The notes: generated by a model from the letters alone, not told the origin. A stretch of DNA of 64,000 nucleotides from a bacterium (GCA_046757165.1 JBHHXT010000002.1:13593-77592); one strand, 5' to 3'; positions 17,775 through 28,566 are shown, numbered from the stretch's first letter. Numbers and translations are program-made.

Positions 17775-19772
17775 ATGACGGACCTGGCTGTGCTCATAGC
17801 TGGTACCAGCAGTTCTTACCTTGAAATATCAAGGAAGATGCTCAAGTTCCACTACGAGCAATGTGATGTCGACTTTGCACATTCGGGCAAAGAATGTATA
17901 GACAAAGCGACCTCAAAAGAGTATGAGCTGATTCTATTCGACTATGAGCTCGGGGATCAGACCGGGCTGGAGATCATCGATGAGTTGAACGAGCGTGGGG
18001 TAAAGTCTCCGCTCATCATGTTGATCGAGGAGGGGGACGAAATCAAGGCTGTGCAAGCCATTGAGAAGGGCGCTGCCGACTATATTTTGAAAGTCCGAGG
18101 GTATTTGACAGCGCTGCCGTTCACCATCCGCTCTATTCTGGCAGAAAAGAATATTGCTTTAGAGACCGAAAGCAAGAACTGTTTCGAAAGCGCACCGGAA
18201 GTCATCTCCAGGACTGAGGGGTATTTTATTCTGGACCGCAAAGGACGCATCCTGTCTGCCAATCTCGACATTCAGAAACTTACGAACTTCTCTGAGGATG
18301 AGCTTCTCGAGCTGACGATCGCAGACTTACTTCCCAAGGACCAGGAAAAGTCGTTTTTTGATTGGCTCAATTCTGTTGCGGCAAACGGCCATTCCGGCAA
18401 GGCTCTCAGAACAGAGATTTTCAACAAGGAAGGAGAACGCATTGCGCTCGAGATCATTTTTACCGCCATCAAAGATGAATTTCAGAATGTCCTGAGTTAC
18501 CGCGGTAGAATTGCGAAGAAAAATGGCGAGATATCGTCAAGAATATCGTCGACGTTGATGATTGATCAACTTGAAATGGTCAACCAGATTTCGCAGATCG
18601 TCACAACCGGATATGATGAGCCTCTCAGCATTTTTCTGGAGAGAATCGCCGAAAGCGTGTGCCAGATTTTTCGTTTTCGCCGCTCAACTCTTGCCTTGCT
18701 CGACAAGCGGAAGAATTTTTTCATCAAACAGGCAATGGTTGGCTACTCCTCTTTTCCAGTGACGGATGACCGAAGTATCGAGGTCCCCCAGGAGGTCATC
18801 ACGCGCGTCTTTTTCGACCGCTTTCGCGTTCGGGTGCTCTACTACAACCAGGACCATCGTGACACGGCTCATTATCTGAACTCAAAATATCCGGAACGCC
18901 GAAGACAAAAAAGACGGCCACCGTCGCAGTGGCACGACCGGGACCTGGTTTTGGTGAATCTGATGAACCGGGATGGCACCACGTTTGGCTATATCTCCCT
19001 GGACAGGCCTGTCCCCGACCACTTCCCGGCACGAGACACGTTTCATAATCTTGAATTATATGGCCAGCTTGTATCGTTTGCGATTGAAAACTACTACCAA
19101 TTCTCCACCCTCGAGCAGCGTTCCCGACGAATGAAGCAGATACTGGTCACGAGCAACATTTTCAAGCTTCATCTTTCCCTCAATGAGCTGCTCAAGGAGG
19201 TGGTTTGGTCGATTAGATTTTCTCTGAATTTCAATCTCGTTGCTCTTGGCTTGATCAGCAAACGCAGCGGGCATTTGGAAATGAAGGCCATCGCCTGTGA
19301 AGACAAGGTCAAGCGCGCACAGCTCGCCGAGCTCAATTTCCCGCTCAAGCCGCTCTCGCAGTTGATGCGTGCCGAGTATAGCTACGGCAAATCCTATTTT
19401 GTCGTGAAGGAAGAGCCGGTGGTCAAGACGTTCAAGCACATCTATCATGGCCCGAAGTCAGACGGCACACTGAATGGCCACTGGCCGATATGTGGCCTGT
19501 TGCTGGTTCCGATCAAATCCAGGGAAGGCAAAATCATTGGGGTCTTGATGGCTGATGATCCGGCGAACAACAAGCTGCCGGGGCGGGATGTGGTCGATAC
19601 GTTGGAGATCATGGCGAATCAGATTGCTGTTGCCATAGACAATCGCGTTTTGTATGTCCAGGCGCAGCAGAAGCAGCGCGAAGGTGAACGCAAAGCAGAA
19701 AGAACCGACATGCTTTCCGGTTATGTGCCCACAGGCGTCAAGCGACGCTTTGTTGACCGGTTTTTCAAGTAA
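17775..19772 (+). CDS. Multi-sensor signalling protein: REC, PAS and two GAF domains, with no enzymatic output domain
   Basis: An N-terminal receiver-like domain (LILFDYELGDQTGLEI), PAS-like repeats and two GAF-like regions. Confidence 0.65.
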   Translation: MTDLAVLIAGTSSSYLEISRKMLKFHYEQCDVDFAHSGKECIDKATSKEYELILFDYELGDQTGLEIIDELNERGVKSPLIMLIEEGDEIKAVQAIEKGAADYILKVRGYLTALPFTIRSILAEKNIALETESKNCFESAPEVISRTEGYFILDRKGRILSANLDIQKLTNFSEDELLELTIADLLPKDQEKSFFDWLNSVAANGHSGKALRTEIFNKEGERIALEIIFTAIKDEFQNVLSYRGRIAKKNGEISSRISSTLMIDQLEMVNQISQIVTTGYDEPLSIFLERIAESVCQIFRFRRSTLALLDKRKNFFIKQAMVGYSSFPVTDDRSIEVPQEVITRVFFDRFRVRVLYYNQDHRDTAHYLNSKYPERRRQKRRPPSQWHDRDLVLVNLMNRDGTTFGYISLDRPVPDHFPARDTFHNLELYGQLVSFAIENYYQFSTLEQRSRRMKQILVTSNIFKLHLSLNELLKEVVWSIRFSLNFNLVALGLISKRSGHLEMKAIACEDKVKRAQLAELNFPLKPLSQLMRAEYSYGKSYFVVKEEPVVKTFKHIYHGPKSDGTLNGHWPICGLLLVPIKSREGKIIGVLMADDPANNKLPGRDVVDTLEIMANQIAVAIDNRVLYVQAQQKQREGERKAERTDMLSGYVPTGVKRRFVDRFFK

Positions 19773-19974
19773 ATATCACGCCTCTCTTTAATAATATTTG
19801 CTCTTACAATTTCCTCTAGTCTGACAATTTATCTTGATTTCAAGTGTACAATTGTTTAGTTTGAATTTTGGGATTTTTTTTCCTTTCTCTTTGTAGCAAT
19901 TGAATACAAGTTCGACTCGTCACTGACAATCCCATGAATGAGAGGAGTGATTCATTACACGTCGTACAGCTCTT

Positions 19975-21216
19975 TTGATCCTGTTGAGCTGCCTGAGTAT
20001 CAGGTGTGCTGACCGTGACAGAGCAAATCCGCTAGATCCGAGAAATCCTGATACCTTTGGAAAACCGACCGGACTGATGGTTAGTTCAAGTCGGGATACG
20101 GTTTTTCTGCGCTGGGAGAGAATTAGATTGACGGACGTGATCGGTGTCCGACTATATCGCATGGCTGCTTTTGAGGCGGGTTTTCGCCAGTTGGCTCAAC
20201 TGCCGCCAGAAGCGAGCAGGTTTGATGATGTCAACGTTGAGGCGGGAGTCGAGTATGCCTACCAAATCACCGCAATGGGCGCCGACTTTGAGAGCATGCG
20301 CTCAGATACCGTGCGGGTCGAGCCGGGGCCGACCTTTAATTGGGTGGCAGAAAACCCGGGTGCCTCAAACCGCTTACTCAAGCTGACCCACGATAGCAGG
20401 CACGTCATGACGGGAACGAGTGGATTCTTGACCATCATTGACATCGAGCCGAACCTCAGAAATGGCCAGGTCTGGGTCATCGATTTTATCACCCCGGGGT
20501 TGGGCCAGGTGATCAGAGTTTCAGCCAGGGGTCAGGTCGTGCTACCGTTCCTCAATCTTGCCGGGCCGCGAGACGCCGCAATTGTACTCGAGACCGGCAG
20601 CCTGTGGGTGGCTAATGCGCATGACAGCTCAGTGGTCAAACTCAACGTGGATGGCGAGATGCTTTTTTCAGAACGGAATTTCATCCGTCCTGTCTCTGTG
20701 GCTGTGGACCAGCGTACAGGAGCGTGTTGGGTAGCAGATGGCGGACGAAACGAAGTTGTCAGACTTGGCCCGGATGGCTCGGAGAGACTCGTCTCTGCTG
20801 TCGCGTTTCAAGCCGTCGCGGGGCTGGCGACAAATTCCGCCGACGGCTCGGTCTGGGTCTCGGACAAAACCCGGGTGCTCAAACTTGATGACAGAGGCGA
20901 GCCATTGCTCGAGATCGCAAACGATTTCACTGACGCCCGCAAATTAGCCGTCAATGATAGCACAGGTGCGGTATGGATGATCAACTGGAATCCCTCGACC
21001 GTGAGCAAATTCCGTCCGGATGGGCAAAAAGCTTTTGAACTGCCGGGATTCAACCGGCCAGCAGACCTGGCCATCAACCTGTTCGATGATAGTTGCCTGG
21101 TCGCAGATACTGAGAACCACCGTTTGGTCAAGATCTCATCCGAGGGCCAGCAAGTCAGCGTGGTTCAGAAATTGACGTTTCCAAGCGCTGTCGCGGTCCA
21201 GAACGAGATGGATTAG
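19975..21216 (+). CDS. Fibronectin type III domain plus NHL / six-bladed beta-propeller protein (TTG start, possible lipoprotein)
   Basis: An FN3-like segment (LRWERI..YAYQITA) is followed by repeated WVAD/WVSD blade motifs. Confidence 0.55.
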   Translation: MILLSCLSIRCADRDRANPLDPRNPDTFGKPTGLMVSSSRDTVFLRWERIRLTDVIGVRLYRMAAFEAGFRQLAQLPPEASRFDDVNVEAGVEYAYQITAMGADFESMRSDTVRVEPGPTFNWVAENPGASNRLLKLTHDSRHVMTGTSGFLTIIDIEPNLRNGQVWVIDFITPGLGQVIRVSARGQVVLPFLNLAGPRDAAIVLETGSLWVANAHDSSVVKLNVDGEMLFSERNFIRPVSVAVDQRTGACWVADGGRNEVVRLGPDGSERLVSAVAFQAVAGLATNSADGSVWVSDKTRVLKLDDRGEPLLEIANDFTDARKLAVNDSTGAVWMINWNPSTVSKFRPDGQKAFELPGFNRPADLAINLFDDSCLVADTENHRLVKISSEGQQVSVVQKLTFPSAVAVQNEMD

Positions 21217-21380
21217 AGCGACTTCAAGTGAACGAGAGTGAATCATTTGTGGGGTTATGCCGTACAGTCGTTCTGAAAGTGGCCCTGAGATTTGTTCATG
21301 ACCATAAAGGTTCCGAAGCTGCATCCAGAGATACGGGAGGCCCAAATTGAATATGAGCTTATTTCTTAAAGGAGGAGTTC

Positions 21381-21731
21381 ATGGAAGGGTTTGAAGTTAG
21401 AAAAAATGAGAATGGTGCCATAACGATTCTGAGTCTCAAGGGCTACTTAGACGCGCACACGGCGCCGACTCTCGAGTCTGCTTTTCAAGAGTTAGTCGAC
21501 GAAAAGAAATACAAAATCGTGGTCAATTTTGCAGATCTGAATTACATCAGCAGCGCTGGCCTGGGCGTTTTCATGGGCTTTATTGAAGATATTCGCAAGA
21601 ATGGTGGCGACATCAAGCTGAGCAGTATGAAGCCAAAAATCTTCAGAGTATTTGACCTGCTTGGCTTCCCAACGCTCTATGATATTCTGGACGAAGAGGA
21701 AAAGGCGGTTAATAAATTCAACAAAACCTGA
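21381..21731 (+). CDS. Anti-sigma factor antagonist (STAS domain, SpoIIAA/RsbV-like)
   Basis: ILSLKGYLDAHTAP and a conserved Ser in NYISSAGLGV. Confidence 0.85.
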   Translation: MEGFEVRKNENGAITILSLKGYLDAHTAPTLESAFQELVDEKKYKIVVNFADLNYISSAGLGVFMGFIEDIRKNGGDIKLSSMKPKIFRVFDLLGFPTLYDILDEEEKAVNKFNKT

Positions 21732-21791
21732 TGAGTGATTTCGTGCTGAGTCAAAACAACCAGAATACTCATAAACAGCCGGGCTAAGAAG

Positions 21792-22232
21792 GTGGTGAAG
21801 GTTTTGCCTAAGACGAAAAAAAAATATCAACTAAAGATACCGAGCCAGTCGGATAATCTTGTCCTGATCCGAGAGTTGGTCAGCAGGGTAGCAGAGCAAG
21901 TCGGGTTTGACCATGACGAAGCCAGCAAGATCGAGCTGGCGGTGGACGAAGCTTGCACGAATGTGATCAAACACGCCTATGGCAACAATTCGAACGAAAT
22001 CATCGATGTCATGATTAAGATAGACAAGAAGAAACTCATCATCATTGTTTCGGATCGAGGAAAAGGGTTTGACCCGGATGACGTTGGGATGCCGGATTTG
22101 ACCGAATCCATGAAACACGGCCGCAAAGGAGGTCTCGGGATTTGTTTGATCAAGACTTTGATGGACAAAGTGGATTTCCAAATGAAACCGGGATCCAAGA
22201 ACCAGGTTAGAATGGTCAAGTATCTCAACTGA
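21792..22232 (+). CDS. Anti-sigma regulatory factor: serine kinase (RsbW/SpoIIAB-like HATPase)
   Basis: ELAVDEACTNVIKHAY (N box) and GKGGLGICLI (G box). Confidence 0.85.
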   Translation: MVKVLPKTKKKYQLKIPSQSDNLVLIRELVSRVAEQVGFDHDEASKIELAVDEACTNVIKHAYGNNSNEIIDVMIKIDKKKLIIIVSDRGKGFDPDDVGMPDLTESMKHGRKGGLGICLIKTLMDKVDFQMKPGSKNQVRMVKYLN

Positions 22233-22239
22233 GAGATTA

Positions 22240-23964
22240 GTGGACAAAAACTTAAGAGAAAAGTACGAGCTCCAAGCCCTTTTTGATCTGAGCAAAGCGC
22301 TCAACTCCTCCCTCAATCTCAAAACCATTCTCGACACAATCTTACTGACGCCGATGGGCAAGTTGTTGATCGCCAGAGGTTTGGTTTTCATTGCCAGGGG
22401 TGAGCGTGCATTCATGATCGAGACGCTGAAGGGGCTTCCCAAATCAATCCTCGGCAAGGTCATTGAAATCGATGAGTTTCCACAGGGACCCTGCTCTGTC
22501 AAAGAGTTACCTCCTACGCCCTGGCAGGCATTCTTGTTCAGGGAGGGCGTCGAGCTGGTTATTCCGATTTTGCACGATGGCAAGGAACTGGGGATGATTG
22601 GTTTCGGCAATAAAATCCTTGACAGCGGGTTCACCGATTCAGAGCTGGACTACCTGCACTCTTTGTCCAATATTGCTGCCACAGCCGTGCAGAACGGCAT
22701 CATTTTTCAGGAGCTGCATGAGGCGAATCGAAAGCTCGAGAAGAAAGTGCAGGAGCTCAACACGCTGTCGGAAATCGTCAAGGAGCTGAATGCCACCCTT
22801 TCGACCCTGGAAAGCGAGAAGGTGGTCAACTTGCTGGCGTATTCGATCATGGGCGAGATGATGGTGAACCGCTGTCTGATCTTCCTCGCAGACGAAGACA
22901 GCATGACGTTGTTTTTGAACAAAGGCCTGTCCTCCAAGCAAGTGGATGGCCTCCTGAACGACGATGTGATCATGAAGGAGCTGCGCGATCTCGAGCAGCC
23001 GGTGCAGGTGTGTGAACATCCTGAACCCGCCATCAGCACCAGGTTCGGCGAGGTGGCACTGTCGGTGCTCATCCCGATGAGGATTGAGAACAAATCAAAA
23101 GGTGTCATCGTGCTCGGCGACAAGATTACAAAGCAGCCATTTGTTAAAGATGACCTGGATTTTTTGTCCATTCTCGGAAGCTGGTCCATGATTTCCATCG
23201 AGACGGCGAGACTGATTGAACAAGAGATCGAGAAGCAAAAGCTCGAGGAGGAGCTCCGGATTGCGAGCCGCATGCAGCGACAGCTTTTGCCCGCAAGCTG
23301 TCCCAAAATTGAGACCGTCCAGGTCGCTGCGGTCAATCACCCGTCGCGCCAGGTCGGCGGCGACTATTACGACTGCATCAAGCTGAGCGACAACGAATAC
23401 CTGTTTTGCATTGCTGACGTGTCAGGAAAAGGCACGCCGGCCGCCCTATTGATGTCGAATTTACAGGCCAGCCTGCGAGCCATGGTCAGGAGTGGGCTGG
23501 TCTTGAGCGAAATCGTGCAGCGCATCAACGGCATCATTTATGATAACACGGCGCCGGATAAGTTCATCACGGCGTTTTTTGGGATTCTCAAAGTCATGGA
23601 GCGAAGGTTCACCTCGGTCAACGCCGGACACAACCCGCCCTATCTCTTTCACAAGGATGCCTCGTTCCAAACGCTCGAGCAAGGAGGCCTGATTCTGGGC
23701 ATGATGCACACTGTCGAGTATGAATTCGAAACGGTGCAATTGCACTCAGGCGATAGTTTGATCATGTTCACCGATGGCGTGTCAGAGGCAATGAACGCCG
23801 AAGGAGAGGAGTTTCACGAGCACCGTATCGAAAAGTGTGTGACAGAGAGTCTCCACGCTTCTGCTGATGAGATTCTCAGACATATCATCAATTCCGTGGC
23901 GGATTTTTCAGCAGGAGAACCCCAGGCCGATGACATAACGGTCCTGACGATCAAGATGATCTAG
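22240..23964 (+). CDS. GAF-GAF-PP2C phosphoserine phosphatase (RsbU/SpoIIE family)
   Basis: The C-terminus carries RIASRMQRQLLP, GGDYYD and ADVSGKGTPAALLMS, which are PP2C-SpoIIE signatures. Two GAF-like regions lie upstream. Confidence 0.85.
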   Translation: MDKNLREKYELQALFDLSKALNSSLNLKTILDTILLTPMGKLLIARGLVFIARGERAFMIETLKGLPKSILGKVIEIDEFPQGPCSVKELPPTPWQAFLFREGVELVIPILHDGKELGMIGFGNKILDSGFTDSELDYLHSLSNIAATAVQNGIIFQELHEANRKLEKKVQELNTLSEIVKELNATLSTLESEKVVNLLAYSIMGEMMVNRCLIFLADEDSMTLFLNKGLSSKQVDGLLNDDVIMKELRDLEQPVQVCEHPEPAISTRFGEVALSVLIPMRIENKSKGVIVLGDKITKQPFVKDDLDFLSILGSWSMISIETARLIEQEIEKQKLEEELRIASRMQRQLLPASCPKIETVQVAAVNHPSRQVGGDYYDCIKLSDNEYLFCIADVSGKGTPAALLMSNLQASLRAMVRSGLVLSEIVQRINGIIYDNTAPDKFITAFFGILKVMERRFTSVNAGHNPPYLFHKDASFQTLEQGGLILGMMHTVEYEFETVQLHSGDSLIMFTDGVSEAMNAEGEEFHEHRIEKCVTESLHASADEILRHIINSVADFSAGEPQADDITVLTIKMI

Positions 23965-24040
23965 ATTTGACGCAGAGAATCCCAGCCCTGCCACGCCCAG
24001 TCACCGCTGGATAGAGACGAAAAGGCACACCGCGATTCGA

Positions 24041-25342
24041 ATGAGTCTGTCGCTGGACAACCCTGAAAATCTCAAGAGAGATATATCTTCCTCCGGTCTC
24101 TCAGCTCTGGTTCTGAACGGGTTGATTGGCGCCGGCATTTTCGCGCTGCCATCGGCGGTGGCCAGTCGGACAGGAGAGTTCAGCCCCTTCATGTATATCA
24201 TTTGCGGATTGATGGTCCTGCCGGTGGTGCTCTCTTTTAGTGAAGCCGCGCGTTTTTTTGACGGAACGGGCGGCCCGGTGTTGTATGCCAAAACCGCCTT
24301 TGGGTCCATAGTCGGGTTTCAAACCGGTTGGTTGCTCTACATCGGCCGCGTCACGGCCCTGGCTGCAAACTCAAACAAATTGGTCGACTATGCTGCTCTG
24401 CTCTGGCCCTGGCTTGGCGAGGGGGTCGGCCGCACCTTGACCATCGTTGCCATTTTTCTCTTGTTTGCGGCAGTCAATGTGGTTGGCGTCCGGCGCGGAG
24501 CTGAAGCGACGAATCTGCTAACAATTCTGAAATTGACACCTTTGTTATTGTTTATTGGCTTCGGAATTTCTTATATTAGACCGGCACAACTGGTGGCTTT
24601 TTCGCCGCCCTCTTATGACAGCGTTGCGGACACCATGTTGTTGGTGGTGTATGCGTTTGTTGGATTCGAGGGCGCGGTGGTGCCAGCCGGAGAGGCCCGG
24701 GCGCCAAAGAACGACATGCCCAGGGCACTGCTGGTCACACTCGGTTTTACGACATGTCTGTACGTGCTGGTTCAGACGGTGTGTGTTGCTGTGTTGCCTG
24801 GATTGGCGGAAACGAAAACCCCGTTGGCTGACGTCGCGAGAGTCATGACTGGCCAGGCCGGCACCTGGATTATGACTTGCGCCGCGATTGCTTCCATCGC
24901 GGGCAATCTCTCTGCCATTGTTCTGACAGCTCCCCGAATGACTTATGCGATGGCTCAGGACAACGCCTTGCCGGCGTGGTTCGGCAGCACGCACAAACGA
25001 TACAAAACGCCAGCCGGGTCCATTCTTTTCCTGGCAGCACTGGGACTTGCCCTGGCTGTTTCTGGAACGTTCGTGCTGCTGGCCATCATGAGCACGCTGA
25101 CGCGGATGCTCGGGTACATGGTTTGCCTTGCCGCCGTCCCTGGAATCAAGAAGGCATTTTCTCGCGGTGGGGTCATTCGCCCTGGATGGCGGAGTTTCCT
25201 CATTCCCGGTTCAGGGTTTCTGCTCTGCCTGTGGCTGGCGGCATACGCAAATCTGTACGCGTGGTTAATGACCGGGGCGTTTGTCGGATTAGGATTTGTG
25301 CTCTACGCTACCTCACGCCGGGCCTCGGTGGGAGGTGCTTGA
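24041..25342 (+). CDS. Amino acid / polyamine permease (APC superfamily)
   Basis: About 12 predicted TM helices. The N-terminal GAGIFALP motif is typical of APC transporters. Confidence 0.8.
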   Translation: MSLSLDNPENLKRDISSSGLSALVLNGLIGAGIFALPSAVASRTGEFSPFMYIICGLMVLPVVLSFSEAARFFDGTGGPVLYAKTAFGSIVGFQTGWLLYIGRVTALAANSNKLVDYAALLWPWLGEGVGRTLTIVAIFLLFAAVNVVGVRRGAEATNLLTILKLTPLLLFIGFGISYIRPAQLVAFSPPSYDSVADTMLLVVYAFVGFEGAVVPAGEARAPKNDMPRALLVTLGFTTCLYVLVQTVCVAVLPGLAETKTPLADVARVMTGQAGTWIMTCAAIASIAGNLSAIVLTAPRMTYAMAQDNALPAWFGSTHKRYKTPAGSILFLAALGLALAVSGTFVLLAIMSTLTRMLGYMVCLAAVPGIKKAFSRGGVIRPGWRSFLIPGSGFLLCLWLAAYANLYAWLMTGAFVGLGFVLYATSRRASVGGA

Positions 25343-25394
25343 GAAGCGTTTGGATAATGATGATTTCAGCGACACTTAGTTTTTTCTGGAGCAG

Positions 25395-26540
25395 ATGGCG
25401 AACATATTAGTCGTTGATGACGAAAAATCAATTACCTACTTACTGTCGGAGGTGCTCAGAAAGGACGGCCATTTCGTCAAGACACTCTCTGACGGCAAGC
25501 TAGTTGGTGAAGATCTCGAGAAACAGGATTACGATTTGGTGGTGTCAGACCTCCATATGAAGGAGGTGGGCGGAATCGAAGTGCTCAAGACCGTCAAGAA
25601 AAAGGATGAGAATACTGAGGTTCTGATCCTCACCGGCCATGGTACGATTTCTACGGCAGTCGAGGCCATGAAACTGAGCGCTTTCGAGTTTCTGACCAAG
25701 CCAATCGACATGGAGGAGTTCCGCCTCAAGGTGCAAAAGGCGTTAGAGCGGCGCAGCTTCAAGCTCAAGATTGAGAAGCAGCAGAAAGAGATCCGAGAAC
25801 AGCAGGAGATGATTCGTAAAGACCTGCAGCTCGCGGAGCAAGTACAAAGAAGTCTGGTGCCTCGATCTCTGCGTCTGCCTCAAATCGACGTTAGCGTCAA
25901 GCACATGCCCATGATTGGGGTCGGAGGGGACTTCGCTGATATCTATTACGACGGCCTCGAGAACGTCTATCTCACGCTGATTGACGTCACGGGGCATGGG
26001 ATTACCGCGGCCCTGTTGGTCAACCGCATTTGCAGCGAAATCCGCAACCTGGTGCGCGAACAACGCCGGCCGGCCTCCATACTCTATACCGTCAACAATT
26101 TTATTTTCGACGCTTTTGATGGCATGGCGATGTTCCTGACCATGTTCTGTGGGGTTCTGAATCTGCGGAAAAGGACATTTACCTATGCCGGTAGTGCTCA
26201 TCCTGCGGTTATCCTCTGGCAAAACCATGCCCAAAAATTCACAAAGTTGGAATCTCAGAACATCATCATCGGTTATGAAAAGCGGGAAGAAAACCGATTT
26301 AAACAAGACAGCATCAGAATCTATCCGAATGACAAGATCTTGATGTACACTGACGGCATTATTGAAGCCGAAGACGAGCGCGGCAAGCAGTTGGGGATCA
26401 ATGGATTTCTCGATTTTTTTAGATCGAGCATCAACACCTCGACGGATGAAATCATCGAGCGCATCCTGGATGGGATTTATGATTTTAGCCCGAATCCGAT
26501 CAAAGACGATGTATACCTCATTCTTGCTGGCTTGAAGTGA
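25395..26540 (+). CDS. Response-regulator receiver fused to a PP2C (SpoIIE-type) phosphatase
   Basis: REC domain (ILVVDDE..DLVVSDLHM..KP) followed by PP2C motifs (GGDFADIY, IDVTGHGITAALL). Confidence 0.85.
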   Translation: MANILVVDDEKSITYLLSEVLRKDGHFVKTLSDGKLVGEDLEKQDYDLVVSDLHMKEVGGIEVLKTVKKKDENTEVLILTGHGTISTAVEAMKLSAFEFLTKPIDMEEFRLKVQKALERRSFKLKIEKQQKEIREQQEMIRKDLQLAEQVQRSLVPRSLRLPQIDVSVKHMPMIGVGGDFADIYYDGLENVYLTLIDVTGHGITAALLVNRICSEIRNLVREQRRPASILYTVNNFIFDAFDGMAMFLTMFCGVLNLRKRTFTYAGSAHPAVILWQNHAQKFTKLESQNIIIGYEKREENRFKQDSIRIYPNDKILMYTDGIIEAEDERGKQLGINGFLDFFRSSINTSTDEIIERILDGIYDFSPNPIKDDVYLILAGLK

Positions 26541-26555
26541 GGCACGTTTCGAGAC

Positions 26556-27455
26556 ATGGATGATAGAACACCGAACATAACCGCACCTCATGAGACAGTT
26601 GCACGGAGTCAGGGCCCGAGGTTTCTCAGTCGGCTGAGAAGTGACAACCCGAAGTTGAATGGTTACCTCTTCATCGCGACATGTGTGACCACTTTCTTAA
26701 CTGGCTATGCGGGTAAGGCGTCATGGCAGGATGGACTCTGGTATAGTGGCGGTATCATGTCAATTCTGATTGCTCACGAAATGGGCCATTACCTGATGTG
26801 CAGAAGATACAAAATCAAAGCGACGTTGCCCTATTTCCTCCCTTTTATTCCGGCGTTCAATCCGTTTGGCACGCTCGGCGCGGTCATCAAGATGGAATCG
26901 GTCATTCCAAACCGCAAAGCGCTCTTTGATGTTGCTGTGGCCGGGCCCCTGGCAGGTCTGGCCCTGACGATCCCGGCGCTTTATTTTGGCATTCAATTTT
27001 CAGAGGTTGTGGAGGTTTCAACCATCAACTCGTCGGGAGTGTGGTACCTCGGCGAATCCTTGTTGTATACAAAAATATCGGACTGGGCGGTAGGCGCATT
27101 GCCTGAGAACAAAGACATCCTGCTTCATCCACTGGCGTTCGCCGGCTGGGCAGGGCTTTTTGTTACCGCCCTGAACCTGCTTCCGATCGGACAACTAGAT
27201 GGCGGCCACGTCATTTATGCGCTCGTCGGAAGAAACCATGGTTTTGTTGCCAAGGCCGCGCTGGTGGCTTTCGGCTATATTGCCATCTTCCAGTATCGAG
27301 GCTGGGCCTTGTTTCTCATTCTCCTGATCTGGTTCGGGCATCGCCATCCGCCCACTCTGGACGAGACCCCTGTCGACCGAAAAAGAAAAATCATCGGCGT
27401 TTTGACGATGATTGTTTTCTTTCTTTCATTTACACCGGAACCTTTCAAGTTCTGA
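26556..27455 (+). CDS. M50-family site-2 protease (intramembrane zinc metalloprotease)
   Basis: HExxH (IAHEMGHYLM) within a TM helix and a distal LDGG motif. Confidence 0.75.
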   Translation: MDDRTPNITAPHETVARSQGPRFLSRLRSDNPKLNGYLFIATCVTTFLTGYAGKASWQDGLWYSGGIMSILIAHEMGHYLMCRRYKIKATLPYFLPFIPAFNPFGTLGAVIKMESVIPNRKALFDVAVAGPLAGLALTIPALYFGIQFSEVVEVSTINSSGVWYLGESLLYTKISDWAVGALPENKDILLHPLAFAGWAGLFVTALNLLPIGQLDGGHVIYALVGRNHGFVAKAALVAFGYIAIFQYRGWALFLILLIWFGHRHPPTLDETPVDRKRKIIGVLTMIVFFLSFTPEPFKF

Positions 27456-27573
27456 GCATTATACTTAGTACTTAATATATTCCTGACAAGAGTGTTGGAT
27501 ATGTCTGCGGGGGTTCTTATATTCGCTAAACGTTGACCGCCCCTGCTTCTAGAGAGATTACCACTAGAGAGAG

Positions 27574-28566
27574 ATGACCATGAACTTCGAATTTCCGGAT
27601 TCCGTTGAGCTCGCAAAGCTGCCGACACCGATCGATTTGCTAGAACGACTTTCCAACAGTTTGGAGGGTCCCAGGATTTATGTGAAGCGTGACGATGAAA
27701 CCGGAATTGCAGTCACCGGCAACAAAGTCAGAAAACTCGAATTCTTGCTGGCTGAGGCACTCGCGCGGGGATGCGACACCGTGATTACGTGCGGTGGCTA
27801 TCAATCCAATCACGCCAGAACAACCGCCGTGGTGGCCGCGAGATTGGGTCTAAAATGCCACCTGGTGTTGAGAAATGGCCTGAGTGCATCCATGGACGGC
27901 AATCTTTTTATCGACCGGTTGGTAGGCGCAGAGATACAGTATGTGTCACCGGAAGAATACATGCGAATCGATGATGTGATGCAACAGGTCGCAAGAGATG
28001 TAAAGTCGAGTGGCAACAAATCTTACATCATCCCCGAAGGCGGGTCAAACGAAATCGGCGCGCTCGGATACTTGAAAGCCGCCAGGGAGATCGCCGAGCA
28101 ATTGCGCGCGATGAAACTGAAGATACACCACATCATTGTGCCGCTCGGGTCGGGTGGGACACAAGCCGGGCTGCTGCTGGGCAAGTACTTGTTTGATTTG
28201 CCCGCACGGATACATGGTATCAATGTGTGTGATGACAAGGCCTACTTCGTCAGCAAAATACACAAACTGCTGCAACGGATAGAGCGGCGCTTTAATATGG
28301 ATATTCAGATTGGCAAGGAAGAGATTCGTGTTATCGATGGCTACGTCGGGAAAGGCTACGGCTTGAGCAGTCAGGAGGAGATCGATCTCATCAAGCAAAT
28401 AGCCAAAATGGAAGGGGTCATTTTGGATCCGGTGTACACGGGAAAAGCCATGTTTGGCTTGTTGGACCAGGTGAAGAAAGGGGGATTCACAGCGGACGAG
28501 AACATTTTGTTCATCCATACTGGCGGCATTTTCGGACTTTTTCCAAAGAGAACCTTGTTTTTTTAG
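27574..28566 (+). CDS. PLP-dependent D-cysteine desulfhydrase / ACC deaminase family protein
   Basis: TGNKVRKLEFLLAEA (the PLP lysine motif) and a GGxQSNH motif. Confidence 0.8.
   Translation: MTMNFEFPDSVELAKLPTPIDLLERLSNSLEGPRIYVKRDDETGIAVTGNKVRKLEFLLAEALARGCDTVITCGGYQSNHARTTAVVAARLGLKCHLVLRNGLSASMDGNLFIDRLVGAEIQYVSPEEYMRIDDVMQQVARDVKSSGNKSYIIPEGGSNEIGALGYLKAAREIAEQLRAMKLKIHHIIVPLGSGGTQAGLLLGKYLFDLPARIHGINVCDDKAYFVSKIHKLLQRIERRFNMDIQIGKEEIRVIDGYVGKGYGLSSQEEIDLIKQIAKMEGVILDPVYTGKAMFGLLDQVKKGGFTADENILFIHTGGIFGLFPKRTLFF

Noticed and set aside
19773-19974. An AT-rich spacer with five CAATT-containing motifs upstream of the FN3/propeller gene
   Set aside because: The motifs are short and irregularly spaced. 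I could not distinguish them from generic AT-rich promoter DNA.
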